Below are positions 46,981-56,336 of a DNA stretch of 64,000 bases, piece after piece (within the stretch, counting starts at the first letter, position 1; each line of letters begins with the position of its first letter). A model generated the notes under the pieces. It did no database searches. It saw only the letters and a list, made by a program, of their open reading frames with translations, and had not been told where the DNA came from. The stretch is from Syntrophales bacterium. GTDB taxonomy: Bacteria; Desulfobacterota; Syntrophia; Syntrophales; UBA2210. The stretch spans positions 1,408,001-1,472,000 of the forward strand of contig CAXXNF010000001.1 in NCBI GenBank assembly GCA_963666365.2, in the 5' to 3' direction. The position numbers were made by a program, and so were the translations under genes.

Positions 46981-48137
46981 GAGGAATTACCGGATATAGG
47001 AGAAGCGACGGCCGCGTGGGCATTCGCAACCATGTATTGATTCTCCCCACTGTTTCCTGCGTAAACGGTGTGGCGAGCCGTATCGGGAAGGCCGTTCCCG
47101 ATGCCGTTGCGGTCACGCACGGCCATGGCTGCGGCCGGGGAGGCCCCCGTGATATCGAAATACTCTTTCGTGTGCTTACGGGTATGGTAAAAAACCCCAA
47201 CGTGGGGGCCGTGGTTCTGATAGGACTGGGATGTGAGGTGTCGAACATAAAAAATCTGATGCCCATGATCGAAGATGTGGGCAAGCCCCTTTCCATATTC
47301 AATGTGCAGGACGATGGCGGGTCGCTGAAAACGGCTGAAAAAGGGATCGAGGCGGCGCACCGATACGTACAGGAACTGGCGGTACAGGAACGCGAACCGA
47401 TTTCCTGGGATGAACTGCTCGTTGCCATCGAATGCGGAGGGTCCGATGCCATGTCGGGCGTGACAGCCAACGTGGCCATGGGGGCCGTTTCGGACTGGCT
47501 GGTCGCCCGGGGCGCCACGGTCATGTTCGGCGAAAACACTGAAATGATCGGTACGGCCCATGTGCTGTCGCGGCGCGCCAAAGATCCTGAAACCGGTGAA
47601 AAAATCGAGCAAATGGTGGACCGGGCGGAAGCCCTGACGCAGGATATTATGGGCGAGCTTGCCGGCCTGGTGATCTCGCCGGGCAATATGGACGGAGGGA
47701 TGAGTACGATTGCCGAAAAATCCATGGGGTGCATCGTCAAAGGGGGCACGACCACTATCAATGAAGTGGTGGATTACGGAGTGGCCCCTACTGAAAAGGG
47801 CCTGGTGCTGCAGGATGGACCCGGCTACGATGCCGATTCGATGGGAGGCTTTGCGGCAAGCGGGGCGCAGTTGATGTTTTTTTCCACAGGCCGGGGTACG
47901 CCGGCGGGATTTCCGACGGTGCCGGTGATCAAGGTTGCCAGCAACAGCCGCGTGTACCGGGCCATGGAAGACGATATCGATGTCAATGCGGGGCGTTTGG
48001 TGGAAGGCGCGTCGCTGGAGGCGCTGCGCGACGAAATGATCGATCTGATGATCCGGGTCATTAACGGCATGCAGACCAAACCGGAGGCCAACGGCATGGG
48101 CCTGTTTACCTTTATGACAGTCCACCCGCCCTTTTAA
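46977..48137 (+). CDS. UxaA-family dehydratase/lyase large subunit (altronate dehydratase / SuyB-like)
   Basis: GYRRSDGRVGIRNHV, HGHGC, IGLGCE, ECGGSD, SPGNMDGG, EKSMG, FSTGRG. Confidence 0.9.
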   Translation: MRGITGYRRSDGRVGIRNHVLILPTVSCVNGVASRIGKAVPDAVAVTHGHGCGRGGPRDIEILFRVLTGMVKNPNVGAVVLIGLGCEVSNIKNLMPMIEDVGKPLSIFNVQDDGGSLKTAEKGIEAAHRYVQELAVQEREPISWDELLVAIECGGSDAMSGVTANVAMGAVSDWLVARGATVMFGENTEMIGTAHVLSRRAKDPETGEKIEQMVDRAEALTQDIMGELAGLVISPGNMDGGMSTIAEKSMGCIVKGGTTTINEVVDYGVAPTEKGLVLQDGPGYDADSMGGFAASGAQLMFFSTGRGTPAGFPTVPVIKVASNSRVYRAMEDDIDVNAGRLVEGASLEALRDEMIDLMIRVINGMQTKPEANGMGLFTFMTVHPPF

Positions 48138-48189
48138 GATAGCGGACTCTTTTCAGCTCCTGCCGAGGCGCAGCGTTCGCTGAAAAACC

Positions 48190-49260
48190 CTGCGCGAGAT
48201 GCGTTTCTTTTTTGTCTCCCGCAGGGACGCTGAGCCCGCAGAGAAAAGCCTTTTAATATCTCTCAAATCCTCTGCATTCTCCGCGCCCCTGCGCGAAATG
48301 CTTTTTCTTTTTTGTTCTCCCGCAGGGACGCGGAGCTCGCTGAGAAAACCTATTTTATATGCTTCTTTTTTCTCTCTCTTCCTCTGCGCCTCTGCGTCTC
48401 TGCGCGAGATGCGTTTCTTTTGTGTCTCCCGCAGGGACGCCGAGCCCGCAGAGAAAAGCCTTTTTATATCTCTCAAATCCTCTGCATTCTCCGCGTCCCT
48501 GCGCGAAATGCTTTTTCTTTTTTGTTCTCCCGCAGGGACGCGGAGCTCGCTGAGAAAACCTATTTTATATGCTTCTTTTTTCTCTCTCTTCCTCTGCGCC
48601 TCAGCGTCTCTGCGCGAAATGCTTTTCTTCTTTTGTTCTCTCGCAGGGACGCCGAGCCCGCTGAGAAAAGCCTTGTATATTTTCCCTCTTACACTCTTTG
48701 CAGTTCTGCGGACTCTGCGCGATATTTCCTACCCTTCCTACCCTTCCTACTCTTCTTACTTTTCCTACTTTTCTATTCCCCTGCGCGATCTTGCGTCTCT
48801 TTCTTTTACCTTTTTGTGCTCCCGCAGAGCCGTAGTGACCGCTGAGAACGCCAATTTATTTTTTTCTTTTCTCTTTTCCCTTGCGCCTCTGCGTCTCTGC
48901 GCGAGATGCGTTTCTTTTGTGTCTCCCGCAGGGACGCCGAGCCCGCAGAGAAAAGCCTTTTTATATCTCTCAAATCCTCTGCATTCTCCGCGTCCCTGCG
49001 CGAAATGCTTTTTCTTTTTTGTTCTCCCGCAGGGACGTGGAGCTCGCTGAGAAAACCTATTTTATATGCTTCTTTTTTCTCTCTCTTCCTCTGCGCCTCT
49101 GCGTCTCTGCGCGAGATGCGTTTCTTTTGTGTCTCCCGCAGGGACGCCGAGCCCGCAGAGAAAAGCCTTGTATATTTTCCCTCTTACACTCTTTGCAGTT
49201 CTGCGGACTCTGCGCGATATTTCCTACCCTTCTTACTTTTCCTACTTTTCTATCCCCCTG
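48190..49260. repeat. About 1.1-kb array of roughly 100-bp GC-stem/pyrimidine-loop hairpin units with a 210-bp higher-order period
   Basis: ctgcgcgaRatg recurs at 48190, 48400, 48610, 48897 and 49107, with alternate units in between; arms cgcagggacgcggag / ctccgcgtccctgcg. Confidence 0.92.
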
Positions 49261-49268
49261 CCGAGAAT

Positions 49269-49304
49269 TCAACCAGACAGACCAAACAGACCAGACAGAC
49301 CAGA
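49269..49304. repeat. Four 9-mers (cagaccaRa family) adjoining the hairpin array
   Basis: tcaaccaga cagaccaaa cagaccaga cagaccaga. Confidence 0.8.
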
Positions 49305-49381
49305 TCGACGTCCTTCACTTTGGCATGGAAATTGATAGAATTACGCTGATAACTCAATTCTTCATGCCGGGAGAAGTGCCG

Positions 49382-51676
49382 ATGCGAGGTTGTGAGAACG
49401 CAACTATCCGAAACAAGAGTGAAATAATTCATGACATTGCCGATTTTATTCCTGATGCCCTCTTTGCGATTAATGCACACCGGGAAATAATTTCCTGGAA
49501 CAGGGCGATGGAGGAGATGACGGGCATAAAGGCAGAGGATATCGTTGGAAAGAACCAGGGGGTCTGTGCCGTTGCATTCTATGGAATCTTCCGTCCACTG
49601 CTCACCGATTACATCTTTTCAAGCGATGACTCGTTACGGCAATATTATTCCCATACTTCACATCACGGCGATTCTGTCTGTTGCGAATCCTTTGCCCAAC
49701 ATCTCTATGACGGCAGGGGCTCCTATCTCTGGATAAAGGCGGCTCCCCTGCGGGATGCCTCCGGTAATGTGACGGGGGCAATCGAAACCATTCGCGACAT
49801 CACGGAATGGAAGAGGGCGGAGATGCTGACAGAAAGCCAGCGTGATCTGGCGGCAGCGCTCAACACCCTGACATCTCTGACGGAAGTGTTGAACGCCTGT
49901 GTCGAGACGGCCCTTTCGATATCTCAGATGGAATGCGGCGGCATCTACCTGGTTGATGAAAAAGCAGGAGGCCTGCGGCTCGTCTATCACAGAGGATTGT
50001 CCGATGATTTCGTTGCGCGGTCTGCATATTATCGGGAGGATTCTCAGAACTGCCAAATCGTGAAGAAGGGAAAACCACTATACTGCCATCATGGGGAGTT
50101 GACGGGCATCCTCGGTGCCCAGCAGATGCAGGAACAGCTTCAGTCCGTTGCCATAATTCCTGTTCACTACGAGAAGCGGGCAGTAGCATGCCTCACCATT
50201 GCATCACGTACCATGAAAGAAGTGCCCGCCTTTGTGCGCATTGCCCTTGAATCGTTGACGTCGCTGGCCGGAGCAGCGATTGCCCGGGTCAAGGCAAAGG
50301 AGGAGTTGAGAAAGAGCGAAGAAATGTTCAGGGCGCTGGCGGAAAATTCGAACGATACCATCATGCGGTTTGATGGACAGTGCCGGCACCTCTATGTAAG
50401 CCCCAAAGCGGAAAAGGAAGTGGGTATCCCCCGAGAGTTATTCATCGGAAAAACGCATAAAGAATTGGGATTCCCCGATGAACTCGTCGAACTGTGGGAA
50501 AGGGCGATTCGGGGGGTGTTCTTAGACGGAGCATCCAAAAGAATTGAATTCATGCTGCCCTCCCGGATATGGATAGACTGGCTGCTGGTGCCGGAGTTCG
50601 ACGAAAGGGGCAGCGTGAAAGCGGTGATGACCACGGCCCGCGATATTACGGAAAGAAAGCAGAGGGAACAGGAAGCACAGGAAGAAAGAGACCGTCTGGA
50701 GAAAGAAAACCGGCAGCTTCGATCGTCAATGAAGGATCGCTGGCGTCTCGGCGCCATCATCGGAAAAAGCGCCGCCATGCAGGAGGTCTATGAATTGATT
50801 CAGAGGGCTGCCGCCTCGGATGCAAACGTGATTGTCTATGGTGAATCGGGCACGGGAAAGGAACTGGCGGCCAGAGCCATTCATGATATGAGCAGCCGGA
50901 AAGACCGGGAGTTTGTGACGGTAAACTGCGGCGCCATTCCGGAGCATCTCCTGGAAAGCGAGTTTTTCGGGCACAAAAAGGGCGCCTTTACGGGGGCCCA
51001 TATTGATAAGCACGGCTATCTCGATATTGCCGACGGGGGCAGCCTGTTTCTCGATGAGATCGGCGAACTGGGCATGAACATCCAGGCAAAACTCCTGCGG
51101 GCCCTTGAGGGAGGGGGCTACAGTCCTGTCGGGCATGCCAGAGCTGAACAGTCCGATTTCCGCATTATCGCTGCAACTAACAGAAATCTCATCGATCATG
51201 TGAAACGGGGGATGCTGAGGGAAGATTTCTTCTATCGCATTCATGTGCTTCCGATACACCTGCCGCCTCTTCGCGAACGAAAGGAGGACATTCCCCTCCT
51301 GCTGGAGCATTTTATGGAAACTCACCATTTCGCCGACAGGGTCCCCATGATACCGGGGAAAATCCTGGATGCGTTTTTTGCCTATGACTGGCCCGGAAAC
51401 GTGAGAGAACTGCAGAATGTGTTGCTTCGCTATGTGACACTCAACAGCCTTGACTTCCCTTTGCCACGCATCTCCGATGCCCCTTGCCGGAAAGACCTGC
51501 CGGTTATGGAAGGCGCCACTCATGAATCCCTTGCTTCCTCTGTGGAGTATTATGAGAAGGATCTTATTGTAAAAACATTGAATGAAGCCAGATGGCATAA
51601 GGGGAATGCGGCATCCAGACTTGGAATATCCCGCAAAACGCTGTTTCGAAAAATGAAGACCCATGCCTTACTCTAG
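49382..51676 (+). CDS. Sigma-54-dependent transcriptional activator (PAS-GAF-PAS-AAA+-Fis HTH)
   Basis: GESGTGKE, VNCGAIP, ESEFFGHKKGAFTGA, FLDEIGE, WPGNVRELQN, LGISRKTLFRK; start placed at ATG 49382 (ggag SD), 49325 is an alternative. Confidence 0.92.
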   Translation: MRGCENATIRNKSEIIHDIADFIPDALFAINAHREIISWNRAMEEMTGIKAEDIVGKNQGVCAVAFYGIFRPLLTDYIFSSDDSLRQYYSHTSHHGDSVCCESFAQHLYDGRGSYLWIKAAPLRDASGNVTGAIETIRDITEWKRAEMLTESQRDLAAALNTLTSLTEVLNACVETALSISQMECGGIYLVDEKAGGLRLVYHRGLSDDFVARSAYYREDSQNCQIVKKGKPLYCHHGELTGILGAQQMQEQLQSVAIIPVHYEKRAVACLTIASRTMKEVPAFVRIALESLTSLAGAAIARVKAKEELRKSEEMFRALAENSNDTIMRFDGQCRHLYVSPKAEKEVGIPRELFIGKTHKELGFPDELVELWERAIRGVFLDGASKRIEFMLPSRIWIDWLLVPEFDERGSVKAVMTTARDITERKQREQEAQEERDRLEKENRQLRSSMKDRWRLGAIIGKSAAMQEVYELIQRAAASDANVIVYGESGTGKELAARAIHDMSSRKDREFVTVNCGAIPEHLLESEFFGHKKGAFTGAHIDKHGYLDIADGGSLFLDEIGELGMNIQAKLLRALEGGGYSPVGHARAEQSDFRIIAATNRNLIDHVKRGMLREDFFYRIHVLPIHLPPLRERKEDIPLLLEHFMETHHFADRVPMIPGKILDAFFAYDWPGNVRELQNVLLRYVTLNSLDFPLPRISDAPCRKDLPVMEGATHESLASSVEYYEKDLIVKTLNEARWHKGNAASRLGISRKTLFRKMKTHALL

Positions 51677-51684
51677 TCCCACAC

Positions 51685-51774
51685 TGGGTCATTTCTGACC
51701 CAAAAGACGATATTGTTAGTGTTTTCAGCCAGTTCAATTCATATTCTCCCCGTGGATGGGTCATTGTTGACCCG
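51685..51774. promoter_or_regulatory. Two palindromic candidate enhancer (UAS) sites GGGTCA-N4-TGACCC
   Basis: tgggtcatttctgaccca at 51685 and tgggtcattgttgacccg at 51757, 72 bp apart, upstream of the -24/-12 element. Confidence 0.75.
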
Positions 51775-51863
51775 TCTGTCACTGCTGTCCTGCGGACAGT
51801 GAAAAACGGCTATACCTGTATATTCCCATAATTTACGGTATGTTGCGCGCTCCTCCTCCGGTG

Positions 51864-51878
51864 TGGCATGCCTCTTGC
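51864..51878 (+). promoter_or_regulatory. Sigma-54 (-24/-12) promoter
   Basis: TGGCAT-GCCTC-TTGC matches TGGCAC-N5-TTGC, 47 bp before the receiver gene. Confidence 0.85.
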
Positions 51879-51925
51879 CTTTGATGACGCTATGAAAAAC
51901 CCGTCGGCTGCTCGAAAGGTGCTCT

Positions 51926-52291
51926 ATGAATGTGCTGATTGTAGATGATGATACCGCTCTGTTGGATACGATCGTCGATACCGTGAGAAGCTGGGGTCAC
52001 CGGGCCGATGGGGCCGCAACCGGTCAAGGCGCACTGCAGAAAGTGGAGGATCGTTATTTTGATCTGATCGTGTGTGACATCTTTCTGCCCGACGTGAAAG
52101 GGCATCTGTTGATATCAAAGATAAAGGAGCGTTGGCCCCAGAGCCGTTTCATCAGTATGACCGGCTATAACACGCGGGATCTCGAGAGGGAAGTCAGAAG
52201 AGAGGGGGTCATGTACCACATGATCAAGCCCTTCGATATGGAGCATCTTTGCAGCATAATCAACCATATGAGCAAAAGAAAAGTGAATTGA
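51926..52291 (+). CDS. Single-domain response regulator (receiver only)
   Basis: VLIVDDD, CDIFLPD, MTGY, IKPFD. Confidence 0.9.
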   Translation: MNVLIVDDDTALLDTIVDTVRSWGHRADGAATGQGALQKVEDRYFDLIVCDIFLPDVKGHLLISKIKERWPQSRFISMTGYNTRDLEREVRREGVMYHMIKPFDMEHLCSIINHMSKRKVN

Positions 52292-52313
52292 TATACAAAA
52301 GGAGGCATAGATC

Positions 52314-54227
52314 ATGAAAATGAAAAAACGATCGTTGGGTTTCAAGCTTACCGCCGGAGGGATCATCATTGTGTTAATTCCTCTTGTGGTCGTGGGGCTG
52401 TTTTCCCTCATGAAGGCATCAACCGCCCTGGAAAGCATCGCAAGGGAGCGAGCTGTCAATGTTGCCGGCGATATTGCCGGGATGGCGGATCTCGTGATGC
52501 GGGAGGAGATGAAGGTCGTTGCGCAGTTGTCCGTCAACGACGCCATAGTCGAGGCTGCCACGCACGTCACCGACCAGGGTATTGCAGCCTCGGCCCCGGA
52601 AATTAAAAGGGCCGCAAAGGAGTTGAAAAATGCAATGAATAAAATGGGCGGCGATTACGAGGACCTTTTTATTGCCGACACGCAAGGGATTATTTTTGCT
52701 GATGGGAAAGGGAGGCTGAGTGGACTCTCAGTAGCAGAGCGCGATTATATTCAGAACGCACGGCAGGGAAAGGCCGCCATCGGCAGGATAGTCCTTTCCA
52801 AGGTGAGCGGCAATCCCATAGTCCCGGTCAGTGCCCCGGTCTATTCCACTGATGGAAGGCTGGTGGGTGCGATAGCAACAATCATAACCGTTACCTTTTT
52901 ATCTGACAATGTGATGAACATTAAACTTGGGGAAACGGGCTATCCTTTTATAGTGGATAGTGCGGGGGTGTTTATTGCCCATCCCAAGAAAGAGTATGTC
53001 TTGAAGCTTAATCTCAAAGAACAGGACGGCATGAAGGACATTACGGAAAAAATGCTGGCCCATCAGACCGGCACCGCATCATATACATTCAAGGGTGTTG
53101 ATAAAATCGCCGCCTTCGCGCCGGTGTCGATAACGGGCTGGAGCGTCTGCGCCACGCAGGATGCGGCTGAATTTCTCGCATCAGCCCGTTCCATGCGTAA
53201 CTTTATTCTCATCATAGGGGCGGTGTTTCTGGCGTTGACAATATGCGCCGTACTGTTCTTCGCCCGCGGCATCACCGGACCCATCACGAATGCCGTCGCC
53301 ATGCTGAACGAGGCGGCCGATCAGGTGGCTTCGGCGTCGTCGCAGGTATCGTCGGCGAGCCAGTCTCTGGCGGAGGGTTCGGCCGAATCGGCCTCGGCCA
53401 TTGAAGAGACGTCATCGTCGCTGGAGGAGATGGCCTCCATGACGCGGCAGAATGCGGATAATGCGACTCAGGCGGACAGCCTGATGAAAGAAGGTAATCA
53501 GGTGGTGGTGCGGGCGGACCAGTCCATGACCCAGTTGACGGGGTCCATGGAAGAGATATCCGGCGCCAGTGAAGAGACGTCGAAGATCATCAAAACCATC
53601 GACGAGATTGCCTTTCAGACAAATCTGCTGGCCCTGAACGCCGCGGTAGAAGCGGCCCGTGCCGGAGAAGCGGGGGCGGGCTTCGCCGTGGTTGCGGAAG
53701 AGGTGCGGAACCTTGCTATGCGGGCGGCCGATGCGGCGAAGAACACGGCCGATCTGATCGAGGGATCGGTGAAGAAAATAAAAGAGGGTTCCGAGCTGGT
53801 GGCGAGGACCAACGAGGCCTTCAAGGAAGTGACGGTAAGCTCCACCAAGGTGGGAGAACTGGTAGGCGAGATCGCCGCGGCGTCGGCGGAACAGGCCCAG
53901 GGGATCGACCAGGTGAACAAGGCCATCGTGGAAATGGATAAAGTGACGCAGCAGAATGCCGCCAATGCGGAAGAAACGGCCTCGGCGTCGGAAGAGATGA
54001 GTGCTCAGGCGGCCCAGCTGAAGGATGTGGCGAGCCGGTTGTTGGAGACCGTAGGCGGCAATAACGGCTACAACGGTAATGGATCGCGGCGGGTCAAGGA
54101 GTTGGAAAAATCGAACGGGAAGGTGCCGACGCTGTCCGCAAGAGAGGCGGCCGGTCACTCTCAGTACAGGAAAGAGAATCCCAACCGCCTGATTCCATTG
54201 GAAGACGAAGATTTTCGCGACTTTTAA
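52314..54227 (+). CDS. Methyl-accepting chemotaxis protein with dCache sensor
   Basis: Two TM helices, Cache motif ([10 protein letters not shown]...IAHP), [37 protein letters not shown]. Confidence 0.95.
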   Translation: MKMKKRSLGFKLTAGGIIIVLIPLVVVGLFSLMKASTALESIARERAVNVAGDIAGMADLVMREEMKVVAQLSVNDAIVEAATHVTDQGIAASAPEIKRAAKELKNAMNKMGGDYEDLFIADTQGIIFADGKGRLSGLSVAERDYIQNARQGKAAIGRIVLSKVSGNPIVPVSAPVYSTDGRLVGAIATIITVTFLSDNVMNIKLGETGYPFIVDSAGVFIAHPKKEYVLKLNLKEQDGMKDITEKMLAHQTGTASYTFKGVDKIAAFAPVSITGWSVCATQDAAEFLASARSMRNFILIIGAVFLALTICAVLFFARGITGPITNAVAMLNEAADQVASASSQVSSASQSLAEGSAESASAIEETSSSLEEMASMTRQNADNATQADSLMKEGNQVVVRADQSMTQLTGSMEEISGASEETSKIIKTIDEIAFQTNLLALNAAVEAARAGEAGAGFAVVAEEVRNLAMRAADAAKNTADLIEGSVKKIKEGSELVARTNEAFKEVTVSSTKVGELVGEIAAASAEQAQGIDQVNKAIVEMDKVTQQNAANAEETASASEEMSAQAAQLKDVASRLLETVGGNNGYNGNGSRRVKELEKSNGKVPTLSAREAAGHSQYRKENPNRLIPLEDEDFRDF

Positions 54228-54239
54228 TGACGCCCCCCT

Positions 54240-54280
54240 AAGCCCCCAACCCCGCAAGCGGGGTGGGGGCTTCCTTCCTT
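54240..54280 (+). terminator. Stem-loop terminator after the MCP gene
   Basis: aagcccccaaccccgc-aa-gcggggtgggggctt followed by a pyrimidine tract. Confidence 0.7.
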
Positions 54281-54361
54281 CCGGTATATAAGAGCGCTCT
54301 TCTCAATTATGCCTTCCTGTATAAGGAAATAATTGCGGCGGTTGATGGAATATGCTAGAAA

Positions 54362-55120
54362 ATGGACATGCCTGCGCCTATTTTAGATCAGAATGAACTG
54401 AACAATGCCTGCCGAGTGCTTTTCGGGTTGGATATAGAGGCAACGCAGGATTTTTTTCAGTATTTACAGGAATCGGGATTAAAGACGGCATACCGCAAAA
54501 GGGTCCTGGAAACACATCCCGACCGGGCGAAAGCCCTGGGGCAGGATGAGGCCGTCATGAGCCGGCGCTTTCAGGATGTGGTGCATGCCTATGAGACGCT
54601 CAGTTCCGTGATTGCCAACGGCAGGAGCGTCATTATGCAACAGGCGGCCCGGCATGACAGGCAGGCAACGGCAACCAAAAGACCTTTCAGTGATTCCCCT
54701 GACCTGTATTATACTGCCGCGGTTCCTCAAAGAACATTGCTTCTCGGTCAATTCCTCTATTATTCCGGAGTAATTTCCTGGAACAGCCTTATTAAGGCTG
54801 TCGCCTGGCAGCGGATTCACCGTCCCCGCATGGGTCAAATCGCAGTGGAATGGGGAATGCTCTCGCTTCCTGACATTCGTGAAATTCTGGCATCCAAAAA
54901 TTCAGGGGAAAAATTTGGAGAATATGCGCTCCGAAAGGGTTTTCTCACTTCCTATGAGCGTATGGCCCTTTTGAGGCGACAGCGGCTGTTGCAACCCCGT
55001 ATTGGAGAATATTTCACGCGCATGGGCATGCTTGCGCCAGAGGAAATCGACCGCATGGCCGGGCGGATGAGAATGCACAACTGGAGCGTGAGCGGCACCT
55101 GGAAGCGCACTGTTCGGTAA
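54362..55120 (+). CDS. J-domain (DnaJ-like) protein with C-terminal MshEN-like repeats
   Basis: LKTAYRKRVLETHPD...FQDVVHAYETL; four G-x6-G repeats such as KFGEYALRKGFLTSYERMALLRRQ. Confidence 0.8.
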   Translation: MDMPAPILDQNELNNACRVLFGLDIEATQDFFQYLQESGLKTAYRKRVLETHPDRAKALGQDEAVMSRRFQDVVHAYETLSSVIANGRSVIMQQAARHDRQATATKRPFSDSPDLYYTAAVPQRTLLLGQFLYYSGVISWNSLIKAVAWQRIHRPRMGQIAVEWGMLSLPDIREILASKNSGEKFGEYALRKGFLTSYERMALLRRQRLLQPRIGEYFTRMGMLAPEEIDRMAGRMRMHNWSVSGTWKRTVR

Positions 55121-55228
55121 CAGCCATCACAGGTAAAATCACTACTCTTTTCTATTCTTTCTGCTTGACACTGACTTGCCCCGACCGATAGACTGACTGC
55201 CTACACACAATTTTAAGGACAGGTGACA

Positions 55229-56212
55229 ATGAGCGAAACAATCAGAATCGGAATCATCGGGTATGGAAACGTAGGAAAAGCGGTTGAACAGGCGATCGAA
55301 CAGAATCCGGACATGGCGCTTTTTGGAATATTTTCCAGAAGAGATCCGGCCGCAGTCATCTCTGCCGGCAAGGGACGCCTCTTTCACATTGAGGAGGCCA
55401 AGGCGCATGTCGATGATATCGATGTGGCCATTCTCTGCGGCGGGTCGGCAACGGACCTTCCCGCACAAGGTCCAGAATTTGCAAAGCTTTTCAACACCGT
55501 TGACAGTTATGACACCCACGCGCGAATCCCTGAATATTTTGCTGCGGTCGATCTTGCCGCAAAAACGACCGGGAAGACTGCCGTAATATCAACGGGCTGG
55601 GACCCAGGTCTTTTTTCACTTATGCGGGTTATTGAAGAGGCGGTGCTTCCCAACGGAAGGGCCTATACGTTCTGGGGACCCGGCGTCAGCCAGGGACACT
55701 CCGATGCGATCAGGCGGGTAGAGGGGGTCGCCGATGCCCGCCAGTACACCGTACCCATAGAAAGCGCCGTGGAGCGCGTCCGCGCGGGAGAGGCGCCCGA
55801 GCTTACAACCCGTGAAAAGCACCTGAGAGACTGCTATGTGGTAGCACGTGAAGGCGCCAATCTCGAAAAAATCGAAGAGACCATAAAATCGATGCCCTAC
55901 TATTTTGACGAATACGATACAAAGATTACTTTCATCAGTGCTGAAGAGATGGCGGCGAATCATTCCGCCATGCCCCATGGGGGATTTGTGATGCGCACAG
56001 GCAAGACCGGCGATGACGCACGGCAGGGCATCGAATTTGCACTGAAACTGGGGAGTAATCCGGGCTTTACGGCGGCCGTTTTGATTGCCTATGCCCGTGC
56101 GGCCTACCGCCTGAACCGTGAAGGACGGGTGGGTGCGCACACGGTCTTCGATATCGCGCCGGGATACCTGAGTCTGCGCTCTGCCGAAGAACTCAGGGCA
56201 GGACAGCTGTAG
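55229..56212 (+). CDS. ddh: meso-diaminopimelate D-dehydrogenase
   Basis: GYGNVG, LCGGSATDLP, DSYDTHARIP, GWDPGLFS, TFWGPGVSQGHSDAIRR, PHGG, SNPGFTA. Confidence 0.95.
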   Translation: MSETIRIGIIGYGNVGKAVEQAIEQNPDMALFGIFSRRDPAAVISAGKGRLFHIEEAKAHVDDIDVAILCGGSATDLPAQGPEFAKLFNTVDSYDTHARIPEYFAAVDLAAKTTGKTAVISTGWDPGLFSLMRVIEEAVLPNGRAYTFWGPGVSQGHSDAIRRVEGVADARQYTVPIESAVERVRAGEAPELTTREKHLRDCYVVAREGANLEKIEETIKSMPYYFDEYDTKITFISAEEMAANHSAMPHGGFVMRTGKTGDDARQGIEFALKLGSNPGFTAAVLIAYARAAYRLNREGRVGAHTVFDIAPGYLSLRSAEELRAGQL

Positions 56213-56336
56213 TCGGACGCCACTGAGAACACAGGGGCTGTCCTTGATATATGCAGTGAGATCTTCATCCGCCCCCGCCCTGTAATGGGGGATACACTTC
56301 AATGGCGGACCTGCGCCGCCTTGAGGGTCAGGGGGT

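Noticed and set aside
48190..49260. Hairpin array as a CRISPR array
   Set aside because: The intervening segments are themselves duplicated low-complexity pyrimidine tracts rather than unique spacers; the unit length does not fit and no cas genes are present
48153..49381. ORFs in the repeat array (48199..49050, 48312..48845 and others) and the 48881 start of the sigma-54 activator
   Set aside because: They are translations of the repeat, open in several frames because the sequence lacks stops; the activator's recognisable PAS domain begins only after about 49382
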